From the NCBI GenBank assembly GCA_021081985.1, contig GCA_021081985.1_3639.1: DNA of 64,000 nt; one strand, given 5' to 3'. The translations under genes and the position numbers were made by a program. This DNA is from a phage. Under the pieces are notes generated by a model. That model was not told the DNA's origin. It ran no database searches and saw only the letters and a program-made list of their open reading frames with translations. How positions within the stretch are numbered: the stretch's first letter is position 1; each line of letters starts with the position of its first letter. Below, piece after piece: positions 26,012 to 36,241 of this stretch.

Positions 26012-27025
26012 ATGGCAGCAGTACAGACTAACGACTTTCAAATCGTAAACCTTGGCGCAGCACTGGAACTTGTTCCACGTCAGTATCGCCTGATTACCAA
26101 CATGGATCTGTTCACCGCTTACCATGGTGAAACCACAATTGCTCGTGTTGAGCGTGTTGACGAAATTGTTGCGGATATTCCTGCACGTCGTCGTGGTGGA
26201 GAACGTAACTATGTGGGTAGTGAAAAAGCTCAAATCAAGAACTTCAACATTCCGTTCTTCCCTCTGGATCGTCAGATCACTGCGGCAGATGTTCAGAACT
26301 TCCGTAAATATTTCACTACGGACGCTCCGAGAACTGTTGAAGACGTAGTTGCTCGCGTAGTTAAGCGTATTCGCGTTTCTCATGAACAACTGAAAGAAAA
26401 AGCAATGGTTCAGGCAATCATGGGTAAATCATGGTCTCCACAAGATCCGACCGCACAGTACAACTACTTTACCGAGTGGGGAGTTACCCAGCATACTGCC
26501 AATATCGACTTCACAGATGTCGCTGTTGACCCGTCTGATCTGATTGAAAAAGACGCTCGTGCATACATCATCGACAATGCAGGTGATAACGGCAATAACT
26601 ACAATATCATTGTTCTGGCTTCTCGTAAATGGTTCTCTGCTCTGATCGCCCATCCGCTGATCATGAATGCATACCAGTATTATTCTTCTACCCAAGAGCC
26701 GCTGCGTCGTCGTCTGGGTATGGGTTCTGAGAATGCCAACAACCGTATGTTTGTTCATAAGAACGTAACCTACATTGAAGACATCTCTGGATATATCCCA
26801 GATGGTGAAGCATACATCCTGCCGCAAGGTATTGATGATATGTTCCAGATCCACTATGCTCCGGCAGATGATGTTCGTGAAGCAAACACTGTAGCTGAAG
26901 AACTGTATCTGTGGTACAAATCTTCTGCATATCTGCGTGAAGAGAAAGTTGAATCTGAAACTTCCTTCTTGACGGTTAACACCCGTCCTGAACTGGTTGT
27001 GCGTTCTACTGGTACTTTCGCATAA
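26012..27025 (+). CDS. major capsid protein (lambda E-like)
   Basis: 337 aa, high codon-bias, strong RBS AAGGAGAA, followed by a strong terminator. Confidence 0.7.
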   Translation: MAAVQTNDFQIVNLGAALELVPRQYRLITNMDLFTAYHGETTIARVERVDEIVADIPARRRGGERNYVGSEKAQIKNFNIPFFPLDRQITAADVQNFRKYFTTDAPRTVEDVVARVVKRIRVSHEQLKEKAMVQAIMGKSWSPQDPTAQYNYFTEWGVTQHTANIDFTDVAVDPSDLIEKDARAYIIDNAGDNGNNYNIIVLASRKWFSALIAHPLIMNAYQYYSSTQEPLRRRLGMGSENANNRMFVHKNVTYIEDISGYIPDGEAYILPQGIDDMFQIHYAPADDVREANTVAEELYLWYKSSAYLREEKVESETSFLTVNTRPELVVRSTGTFA

Positions 27026-27051
27026 GATAGCTTAAATGCTACCTCTAATGA

Positions 27052-27082
27052 GGGGAGGTGAATTATCACCTCCCCTTTTTTC
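27052..27082 (+). terminator. rho-independent terminator after capsid gene
   Basis: GGGGAGGTG-aattat-CACCTCCCC followed by TTTTTTC. Confidence 0.8.
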
Positions 27083-27156
27083 ACATTCTGACCTTAATAA
27101 TAGCCACTTATCCTGTGTTGTCAAGTGGTTTTTACTAAGGAATAAAAGGAGATTTT

Positions 27157-27666
27157 ATGGCAAATCAAAATTATCGTATTTTCCCTAATAAAGTGGAACT
27201 GTTTAAGTTTTTCGGAGCATATGCACCACAATTGAATGCAGCGGTATCTGCAAGACTGCCTTTGAATGGTTTATGTGTGGGAACACAACACAAAGCATTC
27301 AGAAACACTGTTGAGTTTTTCACTGCTCTTGCTGAGATGTCTGGTCTTGATGTTGATGCACAGCACTCTACTATTCGTATGGGATCTTATATCGTGTTCT
27401 TCAACAAAGATATCCCTAGCCCAAATAGTATGGGTAAGGTAGTTGATGCCAAGATTGTAGAAGTGCAAGATAAAAAGGATGATAAAGAAAATCTATCTAT
27501 TGACCTGATTTTAGAGGAAGCAATGTCTCTGAATGATGAAGCTGATAAAAAAGGTAGTAAAGATAGATTAGTTGAGTTTGCACTTTCTAAAGGTGTTACA
27601 CTGACTAAGAACAAATCCTTTGAAAAGATGATTGCTGATCTTAAATCTGAATTAGAAGCATTTTAA
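27157..27666 (+). CDS. hypothetical structural protein
   Basis: 169 aa ORF with RBS AAAGGAG. Confidence 0.4.
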   Translation: MANQNYRIFPNKVELFKFFGAYAPQLNAAVSARLPLNGLCVGTQHKAFRNTVEFFTALAEMSGLDVDAQHSTIRMGSYIVFFNKDIPSPNSMGKVVDAKIVEVQDKKDDKENLSIDLILEEAMSLNDEADKKGSKDRLVEFALSKGVTLTKNKSFEKMIADLKSELEAF

Positions 27667-27693
27667 AATGTTTTTTTTTCAAGGAGTTAAGCA

Positions 27694-28947
27694 ATGACAG
27701 CAACAACAGGTGTTGGTGGTTTAATTTATGGTCGTGCATTGGTTGACCAGAAGACAGGAAAGAAAATAAATTTTGATGAACTGGGTGGCGGGAATATTCC
27801 AGAAGATATAACAGATCTTATTGCATCTAAAGCCCCAATAGAAAGCCCTTCATTTACAGGGAACCCTCAAGCACCAACACCGTTGGATGATGCTATTGGA
27901 AAGGAAATAGCTAATGTAGAATATGTGAGGGGTTTAATTGCAAAATTGGCTGACTCAGCGCCTGAAACATTGGATACTCTCAATGAATTAGCGAAGGCAT
28001 TAGGTGATGACCCTAACTTTGCGACAACCATAACTAACGCTCTTGCTGGTAAACAACCATTGAGTGAAATACTGACATCTTTGTCAGGATTGATTACTGC
28101 TGGAAATAAACTAGCTTATTTCAGTGATAAAAACGTAATGGCTTTGGCAAATCTCTCCGCTGTTGGTCGAGTTATCATAGGGCAAGACTCAAAAACTGGT
28201 GTTCTCGATTATCTGGGGATAAAAACCGCTGCCGCAAAAGATGTACAAAGGGATATCTACGATACCACAGAAGGGGTGGTATCTTTACCAGGGGCATTTG
28301 GTTTTGGTGCGTTTTTTCCTACGGAGAAAGAAGTTGTTTTTCAAGAGAAGAATGGGCCAGAGGAATGGGTTTCTTGGTTGAGAAGTGCACAACCTGGTCG
28401 CTACCTTGTTCGCCAAGATTTACCTTCAGGTGGCACACCTATTATTAAAGGGATTACTGCTTTCAAAGGTATGGTTGAGGTATTGTCACCATATCCAGCA
28501 GAGAATGCAGAGCAGGCAGCAAAAAATAGTAAACATGCCTATTTTTATGGCATAAATGGGGAGTTGTACCATTATCGCTTACTGACTATTTTTGCCAATG
28601 GTGACTGGGTGAATATAAAAGGGCAATTCTCTTCTTTGCAGTCTACGGTAGGCAATTCTTGGGGGAGTCCTGATGTTGGAGGAATAATGTTAGGAGTGTA
28701 TCTTGGCGCTTCAGACACTGATTCAAACAGAAAACTTGTTCGTGGTCAGACTATCCCAGGATCCCGCATAGGGTGTATAACTCTTTACAGCAAAGTTTCC
28801 GCAACAGGTGCATATCAAAGTACACCAGTTTCTGTTACACACAGTACTGAAACACAGAGAGGTACGTTTATAGCCTTATCCGGTTCACCAAGCAATAGTA
28901 ATGGTACTGATACAGGTTATATTGGCCTTTTTATGAGGATTGCATGA
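27694..28947 (+). CDS. tail fiber protein
   Basis: 417 aa; conserved fiber motif SPSFTGNPQAPTP...IANVEYV; N-terminus MTATTGVGGLIYGRALVD. Confidence 0.6.
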   Translation: MTATTGVGGLIYGRALVDQKTGKKINFDELGGGNIPEDITDLIASKAPIESPSFTGNPQAPTPLDDAIGKEIANVEYVRGLIAKLADSAPETLDTLNELAKALGDDPNFATTITNALAGKQPLSEILTSLSGLITAGNKLAYFSDKNVMALANLSAVGRVIIGQDSKTGVLDYLGIKTAAAKDVQRDIYDTTEGVVSLPGAFGFGAFFPTEKEVVFQEKNGPEEWVSWLRSAQPGRYLVRQDLPSGGTPIIKGITAFKGMVEVLSPYPAENAEQAAKNSKHAYFYGINGELYHYRLLTIFANGDWVNIKGQFSSLQSTVGNSWGSPDVGGIMLGVYLGASDTDSNRKLVRGQTIPGSRIGCITLYSKVSATGAYQSTPVSVTHSTETQRGTFIALSGSPSNSNGTDTGYIGLFMRIA

Positions 28948-29516
28948 TGCTAGATATTAAAGATATCAAGTCTCCACAGTATCTTCTTAATGGCGACGTT
29001 GATTGTCTGGTACTTTTTGATGGTTTTTCTGATTATCTTCCATACACCGCTTCCAGCAACGACTATAGTGAAACTGGGAAAGCAGTTTGGGATTCCTTAC
29101 AGTCTGGTAATTTTGGGGAGATTGCCCCGTATGTAGTAAACCCTCAATTTATCGAGGCATTAAAGCAACAGATGTTATCAGAAATAAAAGAGTGGAGAAA
29201 ACTGGAAGAAAGCTCTACAGCTATTGTTTCTTATAATGGTGCAAGGTATGATGTCAATAATGCAACCCTTGGTCGTATTTATCCAGTATTATTAGCACAA
29301 AAAGCATCCTCGGCTAGACAAGCTGTGGTTTGGAGAGATGTTGATAACAAACCTGTAGAGATGAGTAGCTCTGAATTTGAAAATCTTGTTGTAGCTATGT
29401 CTTCCGAGTTGGCAACTAAGAATGATTCAATATACATCAAGCAACGAGAAATGAAAGATCAAGTGCTTTCAGCCTCTACGGTTGAGGAATTACAAAGGAT
29501 AAAAATTGGGTGGTAG
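28944..29516 (+). CDS. hypothetical protein, fiber-associated
   Basis: 190 aa, overlapping start/stop with both neighbours. Confidence 0.4.
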   Translation: MMLDIKDIKSPQYLLNGDVDCLVLFDGFSDYLPYTASSNDYSETGKAVWDSLQSGNFGEIAPYVVNPQFIEALKQQMLSEIKEWRKLEESSTAIVSYNGARYDVNNATLGRIYPVLLAQKASSARQAVVWRDVDNKPVEMSSSEFENLVVAMSSELATKNDSIYIKQREMKDQVLSASTVEELQRIKIGW

Positions 29517-31297
29517 CTATGGATTATAAGGATAAAGTTGTCAATGCTGAAGTCATACTTCCAGATGGGCATAGTATTGGAGGATCAGGACTCCCAAGCC
29601 AATCTTTTAAATTATACACAGAAGACACCGCGACCATAAAACTTTCAGGTAATGGTGAAAAAGCAACACCACTTAAAGGTGTTGTTGTGGTGGCAGAAGA
29701 TGAAAATAATGCTCTCCAAGCTGGAGATAATGGGTTAGCTGTTAAGGTTAGCCCTGCTGCAAATAACCTGTTGGAGTTGAAACAAGGGGCATTATATGTA
29801 ACAGCGCCCGAAATAAATATCCCTATATCTCCTAAAGAAGGAAATGCTTTAACAAATCTGACTTCTGAAGGTGAAGAGGGGTTGTATGTTGCACCTACCA
29901 AAGTACAAGGATGGCTTTATGATCCTGCGCCTGGTGTTGCAGCTTTGCCTGGAGCTTTCGGCTACGGAATGACAAATCCTGGAGCAATTTCACTTATTGC
30001 TTACAGTCTTGGCGATGTTGCACGTTCTGCCCATAACCTACACCCAGGTAGGTATTATACTTTCACCACACGATCTGAGGAAATGACCGGAATAACAGAA
30101 ATTATCTGGCTGGATAATGGCTGGGGCGACAAAACCAGCCAGACAGCAACAAAGCTGGTTCTGTTTTTTGGAAAAGACGGTCGTATGAAGTATACAATCC
30201 GTGGCGACAATCCAAGGGAGCCAGCAGTGTGGTATGATTTGTTAACTGCCAAACAAGCGAATATTCATGATCGCACGGCTGGTGTTGCAGCCATACCGGG
30301 AAGTTTTGGGTACGGTATGGCAGCGAGCGATGGTGTCACCTTATCGTTGCTAAACATTGATGAGATCGCTTCTCTTGCTAATCAGACCATGCCGGGGAGG
30401 TATTATGCCCATATACAATTCCCAGCAAACTCTGGCGTATTTGAAATAATATGGCTAGATAATTGGCAAAATGATAAAACTTCAGCAACGGCAAGTAAAT
30501 TGATCTTGTTTTATGGCGCGGATGGTAGTGTTAAGTATACAATTAGAGGCTCAGACCCTAGTACCCCTGTTTCCTGGGTAGACCTTGGAGGAAGTTCTGC
30601 CACCTATTCACTATCTATCGGCACAGTTTCCTCTTTGGAAAGTGGGCAACAGGCAACCGCATCAATAACTGGTGATTCTCCTTCACAAGTTCTTAACTTA
30701 GGTATCCCTAAGGGTGCTGATGGACAAACAATAAAATCTGTTAATGCTGTTGTTAAAGAAATAGACAGTGCACAACAGGTAACACTGACTTTTACAATGA
30801 CAGATGATTTAAGTCAACAGGCGAGCTTTAATATCCCATTTTCTCCTCAGCCGACTATGAAGTTGTCAGCAACATCTGGGAATTTCTCTTTCAATTATAG
30901 CGATACACCTTCAGCGAAAAAAGCAGCGGGGAGATCTGGGTCTTCTATATATTTGAAAACAACAGTTGATCTGAACAGATCAACTGCTGGCAGTACAGAT
31001 GTTATGGTGGATGTTCGTTTGACAGAGATACCTTGTACGGAAGACGGTACGTATCTTGATTATGATATCTATGCAGAATACCCAAGTGTTGTCGGGTCAG
31101 GGCAACCCACAGTGGCTGTATGGCTTATTCTACCAACAGTTCCCACGCATACCATTGATCCCAAGACGAAGACAATAACTAAACTTCTTCGTGGTGATGG
31201 TTTATCAGGACTTAATGGAATCATTCCTATTGCAGGTGCAGACGAACAAGTCCACGAATTTAAATATTTCTTGCAATATTCTTATCTGAACAACTAA
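29510..31297 (+). CDS. tail fiber or structural protein with internal tandem domain duplication
   Basis: 595 aa; two ~100-aa repeats (ALPGAFGYGM...IIWLDNGWGDKTSQTATKL and AIPGSFGYGM...IIWLDNWQNDKTSATASKL). Confidence 0.5.
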   Translation: MVAMDYKDKVVNAEVILPDGHSIGGSGLPSQSFKLYTEDTATIKLSGNGEKATPLKGVVVVAEDENNALQAGDNGLAVKVSPAANNLLELKQGALYVTAPEINIPISPKEGNALTNLTSEGEEGLYVAPTKVQGWLYDPAPGVAALPGAFGYGMTNPGAISLIAYSLGDVARSAHNLHPGRYYTFTTRSEEMTGITEIIWLDNGWGDKTSQTATKLVLFFGKDGRMKYTIRGDNPREPAVWYDLLTAKQANIHDRTAGVAAIPGSFGYGMAASDGVTLSLLNIDEIASLANQTMPGRYYAHIQFPANSGVFEIIWLDNWQNDKTSATASKLILFYGADGSVKYTIRGSDPSTPVSWVDLGGSSATYSLSIGTVSSLESGQQATASITGDSPSQVLNLGIPKGADGQTIKSVNAVVKEIDSAQQVTLTFTMTDDLSQQASFNIPFSPQPTMKLSATSGNFSFNYSDTPSAKKAAGRSGSSIYLKTTVDLNRSTAGSTDVMVDVRLTEIPCTEDGTYLDYDIYAEYPSVVGSGQPTVAVWLILPTVPTHTIDPKTKTITKLLRGDGLSGLNGIIPIAGADEQVHEFKYFLQYSYLNN

Positions 31298-31307
31298 GGG
31301 GATAATT

Positions 31308-31565
31308 ATGGCAACAACAGGTGTGGCTGGTAAAGTATATGCATCAAGCCTTGTTGATATAAAAACTGGAAAATCTGTGAAAATCGAAGATATTATTGCT
31401 GGAGGCTCAGATAGCTATGTTCTTCCAGCGGCTACGGAATCAGTATTAGGAGGTGTTAAGAAAGCACAAACACAAGCAGATTCTGTGGCTTCAGATGTCT
31501 CTACGTTGGTCAACGATTTTAATGCTTTGCTTGCCAAGTTGAAAGCCGCTGGTATTATGTCGTGA
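31308..31565 (+). CDS. short fiber-like protein
   Basis: 85 aa; N-terminus MATTGVAGKVYASSLVDIKTGK parallels the N-terminus of the 27694 fiber. Confidence 0.4.
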   Translation: MATTGVAGKVYASSLVDIKTGKSVKIEDIIAGGSDSYVLPAATESVLGGVKKAQTQADSVASDVSTLVNDFNALLAKLKAAGIMS

Positions 31566-31570
31566 TAAAA

Positions 31571-31596
31571 AAGACCCTTCGGGGTCTTTTTATTTT
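31571..31596. terminator. bidirectional rho-independent terminator
   Basis: AAGACCC-ttcg-GGGTCTT with T-runs on both sides, between convergent genes. Confidence 0.75.
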
Positions 31597-31994
31597 AGGA
31601 GTTCCTGTACTCCTTTATTCAAATTTGCATTAATATACGGTTCACGCCCATTCTTATAGAAAGTACAGATGTATTTCCCAGTGTAAGATTTTTTTCCTGA
31701 GATAATTGCGACATCATCAAAATATTGATATGCTTCTGCTTGCTCTGCAATTCTGCCTTCAAAGCCTGATGACACAACAATCACGTCTGGTTTAAATGCT
31801 TCTCTGAATCTCTTATCGCAAGATAATTGTACAATACGGCTAATTGCCTCATCTTTTTCTTCTGGTGACAACCAACTTGCCTCGACAGATTTATAATCAT
31901 TAATGTCTGGGTTATTTTTCACATATTGGAGAGTCCCCGCTGCAATAACAGCACAGACGCACAGACCAATTGTAATTTTTAAAATATTTTTCAT
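31590..31994 (-). CDS. lipoprotein on opposite strand, candidate superinfection-exclusion protein
   Basis: 134 aa; signal peptide with Cys-containing lipobox region ITIGLCVCAVIAAG; only minus-strand gene inside the plus-strand tail module. Confidence 0.55.
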   Translation of the reverse strand: MKNILKITIGLCVCAVIAAGTLQYVKNNPDINDYKSVEASWLSPEEKDEAISRIVQLSCDKRFREAFKPDVIVVSSGFEGRIAEQAEAYQYFDDVAIISGKKSYTGKYICTFYKNGREPYINANLNKGVQELLK

Positions 31995-32121
31995 AAATCC
32001 TCCATAGCAGTTGTTGTGTTTATCTTACCTACGGAATTTTTCGTGTCAAGCGTTTTTAATGACAAAAATTGTATTTTGTGATAATATAGTTACTAACAAG
32101 TAACATAAAATGGAGAGTTAG

Positions 32122-32640
32122 ATGACAGACCAAGAAATTGTTGATTACATCAGGCTCCTGCTTGGGTCAATATCCCCAGAGGCACTACCTGATGAAGTTA
32201 TCATGGCATTCCTTGAGATGGAGAAAAAAAGAGCAAACTGGCCTAACCCATCATCCACGCCTTGCGACATGTGGAGAGTGGTCTATAACACAATGGTGGC
32301 TGTATTAAGATGGTTAATTCTTCAAGAGATAAATTCTGGCGAGGCATCCATCACAGAAAGATTGGAAAAGATAGGTGATGAGACAATACAGGTGAAAGGC
32401 GGATCGTCATACCAGAACTGGAAAGATTTTCTGGACTGGCTACTGCAAAACCCTGATTACGTCAATAGCTGCCTGAATGGTGTCTCTGGTTTGGTTATTG
32501 TGGGCGGTGTGCGACAGGATGAGTTTTGGCGTGTTAAGAGTAATCCTAACTCAAGAAGCCCGTTTGATGTTTCCGGTATAGTTCCTCAAACAGGAGTTCC
32601 CGGTATTCCTCGGAGATACCCAAAACACAGGTATTATTGA
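32122..32640 (+). CDS. hypothetical head-tail joining protein
   Basis: 172 aa, position between fiber genes and tail genes. Confidence 0.4.
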   Translation: MTDQEIVDYIRLLLGSISPEALPDEVIMAFLEMEKKRANWPNPSSTPCDMWRVVYNTMVAVLRWLILQEINSGEASITERLEKIGDETIQVKGGSSYQNWKDFLDWLLQNPDYVNSCLNGVSGLVIVGGVRQDEFWRVKSNPNSRSPFDVSGIVPQTGVPGIPRRYPKHRYY

Positions 32641-32705
32641 CAATCGTATTCCTAATTATTGATTTTGCTTGGATAATGTGGTAAAATACCTTAACGGGAG
32701 TTCTT

Positions 32706-33182
32706 ATGAGAACAAAATTTAAATCTCATCAAGATTTAAGTGCTTTGGAGAATTTTTATAACTCTGTACAGCAACTTGATAAAAAACAAGTCTCCTATGG
32801 TTATTATGATGACCCACACTATTCAGGACTAAATACTGCAACTCTGGCAGCTATCCATGAACAAGGCTGGAATAATCTTCCAGCCCGTACATTCATAACT
32901 AGCGCGGCTGTGTCCTTTCAAAAGGATTTGGAGAAATTACAGAAGGAGTTATTCGGCACGTTAGCATCTGGAAGTAATAATCCAACCCCAATGCTGAAAA
33001 AAATTGGTAAAGCAGGTGCTGAAAAAATTAAGTTTGTAATAGACTCTGGGCTTTTCCCTCATAATACTGTATCAGATGCATGGGCAGATGTCAAAGGTTT
33101 TAGTGCAGCTATGTATCATTATGGGGATTTAAGAGATTCCACAACTTATAAGATTTCGAACAGAAGAGGTTCAGGGGCGTAA
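32706..33182 (+). CDS. hypothetical head-tail joining protein
   Basis: 158 aa. Confidence 0.4.
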   Translation: MRTKFKSHQDLSALENFYNSVQQLDKKQVSYGYYDDPHYSGLNTATLAAIHEQGWNNLPARTFITSAAVSFQKDLEKLQKELFGTLASGSNNPTPMLKKIGKAGAEKIKFVIDSGLFPHNTVSDAWADVKGFSAAMYHYGDLRDSTTYKISNRRGSGA

Positions 33183-33185
33183 ATT

Positions 33186-33620
33186 ATGGCGGGATACAAA
33201 CTTATAGGCAAGAACAAATTGATACCCAGAGTTACCATGAAAGGTAGACACAGGCAGTTCAAAAAGACAGACTTAGATAATCCATTTGAAAATGGTGGGT
33301 TGGATATTGAGTATGTTGAATTTGATGTACCTGAATGTGTCGTTCAACCTATTAGTGGTAAAGCAGCTAGGGATTACACGTCCCAATTAGTTCCTGAAGG
33401 TGGTAGGCAGTATGATTCCTTTACTGTGTATTCATCTGTGATGTTAAAAGGCCCAGTTGAAGGATCTGATAACATGGCTGATCAGATTCTATTAATGAAC
33501 TCTCGTGGTGAGATGGAGTGGTTCACAGTTATTAAATCTGATTTGTATCAGACCACAGGTGTCTCTAGGTTCAGAGCTTATGTGGTGGCAATACCAGAAG
33601 GGACAAACGGAGGTATTTAA
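33186..33620 (+). CDS. hypothetical tail completion protein
   Basis: 144 aa. Confidence 0.4.
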   Translation: MAGYKLIGKNKLIPRVTMKGRHRQFKKTDLDNPFENGGLDIEYVEFDVPECVVQPISGKAARDYTSQLVPEGGRQYDSFTVYSSVMLKGPVEGSDNMADQILLMNSRGEMEWFTVIKSDLYQTTGVSRFRAYVVAIPEGTNGGI

Positions 33621-34150
33621 TGACTGATTTTATCAGTGCAGATGAAATCTTCGATGCTTTGACGAAAACAATAGGTTCTTTTTGTAAAGAAGTTACTGGT
33701 AGGAAAGTCGTGCTGGCAGGGGAAGATGAAATACCTAAAGTTGATGGTGAGTTTATTCTAGTGGATCTTACTGCTGTAGATCAGCTTGACTGGCAATCAG
33801 ACGATGGATTTACTGATGATGGTCGAGCGATGACAGTCCATAACTATGAAATTGTATATACATTGACTGCTTATCGTGGTAAAGCACCAAATGCCCTAAG
33901 TCGTATTTTACAAGCTATGAACTTACCTTTTATATACGATAAGTATTTCCCAACTAATTCACCTTTTGCATATTCCTCCTCTTCAACAATATCTCGGTTG
34001 AGAGTTCCTTTGAATGTCCAAAAATATGAAACTCGGGCTGTAGTGCTGATAACTTTTAATGTTTGCTTTGCAGAAACAGACACTGGAGTTTTCGAAGATT
34101 TGGAAACCCTCAATGCGCAACTTTCATATCATTTTCCGAAAGAGGATTAA
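33620..34150 (+). CDS. hypothetical tail completion protein
   Basis: 176 aa, start overlaps previous stop. Confidence 0.4.
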   Translation: MTDFISADEIFDALTKTIGSFCKEVTGRKVVLAGEDEIPKVDGEFILVDLTAVDQLDWQSDDGFTDDGRAMTVHNYEIVYTLTAYRGKAPNALSRILQAMNLPFIYDKYFPTNSPFAYSSSSTISRLRVPLNVQKYETRAVVLITFNVCFAETDTGVFEDLETLNAQLSYHFPKED

Positions 34151-34276
34151 AAGAAATATTTTGGTTATTGATAAGCACTGGCTTATTGGTGATCACGATG
34201 TGGAGAAATAACCCACAACACAGCACAAATAAGTGCTGGTCAATAACTGTACGTACAGAAATAAAAGAGGAAATCG

Positions 34277-35689
34277 ATGGCTTATAATGACAAGGTGGTT
34301 GATGTAACAGTCACACTTGGTACTCAACCAATCGACACAAAAGGGTTTGAAACCCCACTGTTCCTTGCGATCCATAATGTCTTCCCAGAAAGAGTTCGTG
34401 CTTATACCGAACTTAGTCAATTAGTTGATGATGGATTTGCTGTTGGAACACCTGCATATAATTATGCATCTAAGGCATTTTCTGGAACATTCCGTCCACA
34501 ATATCTGATGATTGGTCGCCAAGGCTTCACCAATACGGTTGTGGATTTTACAGACCAGACAAACACAGACCCAGAAACACCTGTAGCTCTAAACTTTGTG
34601 ACAGGGGCTTATCAAAAGAGCATACTTGTCAATGTAAATGCATCTTCAGAGCCTTCTACAATTGCTACATCTCTGGCTGACGCTATTAATGCGGATACAA
34701 CGCTGAAGACTGTACTTACGGCAACAGCAAGCGAGGCTAAAGTAACAATTGCCCCAAAAGATAGTGGCAAGTTTAGTGTTGGTAAAGACAGCGGAAATAT
34801 GGTCATCACCAATACCTCCGATGAGACAGTTTCTTCTGTTCTTCCGCAGGTTATGACCGCAAATGAGAACTGGTATTTTGTCAGCACTGAGTCACACACA
34901 AAAACATCTATCTTAAGTGCCGCCGCATTCGCCGCTGCAAATTACAAGATGCATGTCTACTCAACTGCGGATGAAAAATCTAAAACTGCTGATAGTGATT
35001 CCATCGCAGATGAACTGAAAGCTCTGCAATACGACACCTCTATTGGTATGTACGATCCGCTGGCAGACAGTGCCTATCCAGAAGGAGGAATTATCGGGGC
35101 GATGGCCTCAAATGATCCTTCCTATGGGGATTCTATCCACCTGAAGACTATGGACGGGGTTGTTGCTCCAACCTTGAGTGCAACGGAACGTATGACTATC
35201 TGGGGTAAGAATCTGAACTTCTACCGCATGATTAATGGTGTAGGATCCTTCTATGAAGGCAAATGCGCTTCCGGCAATTATGTAGATGTTGTGAGATTTG
35301 GTCACTGGCTTAAGTTCCGCACCGAAGAAAGTGTTTTCGGATATATGTCCCGCAGATCCAACATGGGCCTGTCTGTTAAAATGAGTGATGATGACCTCCC
35401 TAACCTGAAGTCTGTCATCATGAATAACCCTATCAACGTAGGTATTTCTAACGGAGCTATTTTAACAGGTTATGATGAGGTTAACAAGGTCTTCTTCGAC
35501 CCTGTAATCACAATCCCTCTGCGTGGAAGCATACCTACTAACGATCTGGCAGCACGTACACTTAACAACGTGAAAGTGGAACTGGTATACAACACACCAC
35601 TACATTTTGTCAAGATCCGTATGACTGTCATGCTGGACAAAACAGGTTCAAATTCTGGTAACGCACAGACAGTAACAGCAGGAGTGTAA
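34277..35689 (+). CDS. tail sheath protein
   Basis: 470 aa, followed by a ~150-aa tube-sized gene, chaperones and tape measure (PBSX/Mu-like order); by position and size. Confidence 0.5.
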   Translation: MAYNDKVVDVTVTLGTQPIDTKGFETPLFLAIHNVFPERVRAYTELSQLVDDGFAVGTPAYNYASKAFSGTFRPQYLMIGRQGFTNTVVDFTDQTNTDPETPVALNFVTGAYQKSILVNVNASSEPSTIATSLADAINADTTLKTVLTATASEAKVTIAPKDSGKFSVGKDSGNMVITNTSDETVSSVLPQVMTANENWYFVSTESHTKTSILSAAAFAAANYKMHVYSTADEKSKTADSDSIADELKALQYDTSIGMYDPLADSAYPEGGIIGAMASNDPSYGDSIHLKTMDGVVAPTLSATERMTIWGKNLNFYRMINGVGSFYEGKCASGNYVDVVRFGHWLKFRTEESVFGYMSRRSNMGLSVKMSDDDLPNLKSVIMNNPINVGISNGAILTGYDEVNKVFFDPVITIPLRGSIPTNDLAARTLNNVKVELVYNTPLHFVKIRMTVMLDKTGSNSGNAQTVTAGV

Positions 35690-35692
35690 TAA

Positions 35693-36166
35693 ATGAATAC
35701 AGCTATTCTAACGCCGTATGCATATGACCCTAAAAAAGTAAAACTGTATCTGATGACTCAAAGAGTAACAGGATTCGCAGCGGACACGAAAATTGTTGTG
35801 TCCCGTAATGAAGACAATATCATCCCCCACATGGGGGTTGATGGTGAGCTATCTGCTGCACTGTCCCGTAACCAATCTGGTGTTATGACGGTTTCTCTTC
35901 AGAATACAGCATCATGGAATGGTAATTTAGCAAACTGGCAAAAACAAGCATCCGTAACTGGCCTTATTTTCTTCCCTGTTCTTCTGGAAGGTTCTCAAGG
36001 TATGGGCTTGAGTACAATTGGATGGATTCAGAAACAGCCTGACCTTACTTACGGAACGGAAGTTGGTCAGATGGACTGGGAAATTGGTATTCTGGATGCT
36101 TGGTTGAGTCCTGATACTCTGTCCTCTGTTGGCTTCGGCCTCGCTGGACTTTCCGGTATTATTTAA
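35693..36166 (+). CDS. tail tube protein
   Basis: 157 aa immediately after the sheath candidate. Confidence 0.5.
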   Translation: MNTAILTPYAYDPKKVKLYLMTQRVTGFAADTKIVVSRNEDNIIPHMGVDGELSAALSRNQSGVMTVSLQNTASWNGNLANWQKQASVTGLIFFPVLLEGSQGMGLSTIGWIQKQPDLTYGTEVGQMDWEIGILDAWLSPDTLSSVGFGLAGLSGII

Positions 36167-36241
36167 TAATTTCGTGTGCCACATGGATGTGGCCTTTATA
36201 CACGTAAGGATAGTTCAACTTCTAAAGACGCAGGAGCGTGC

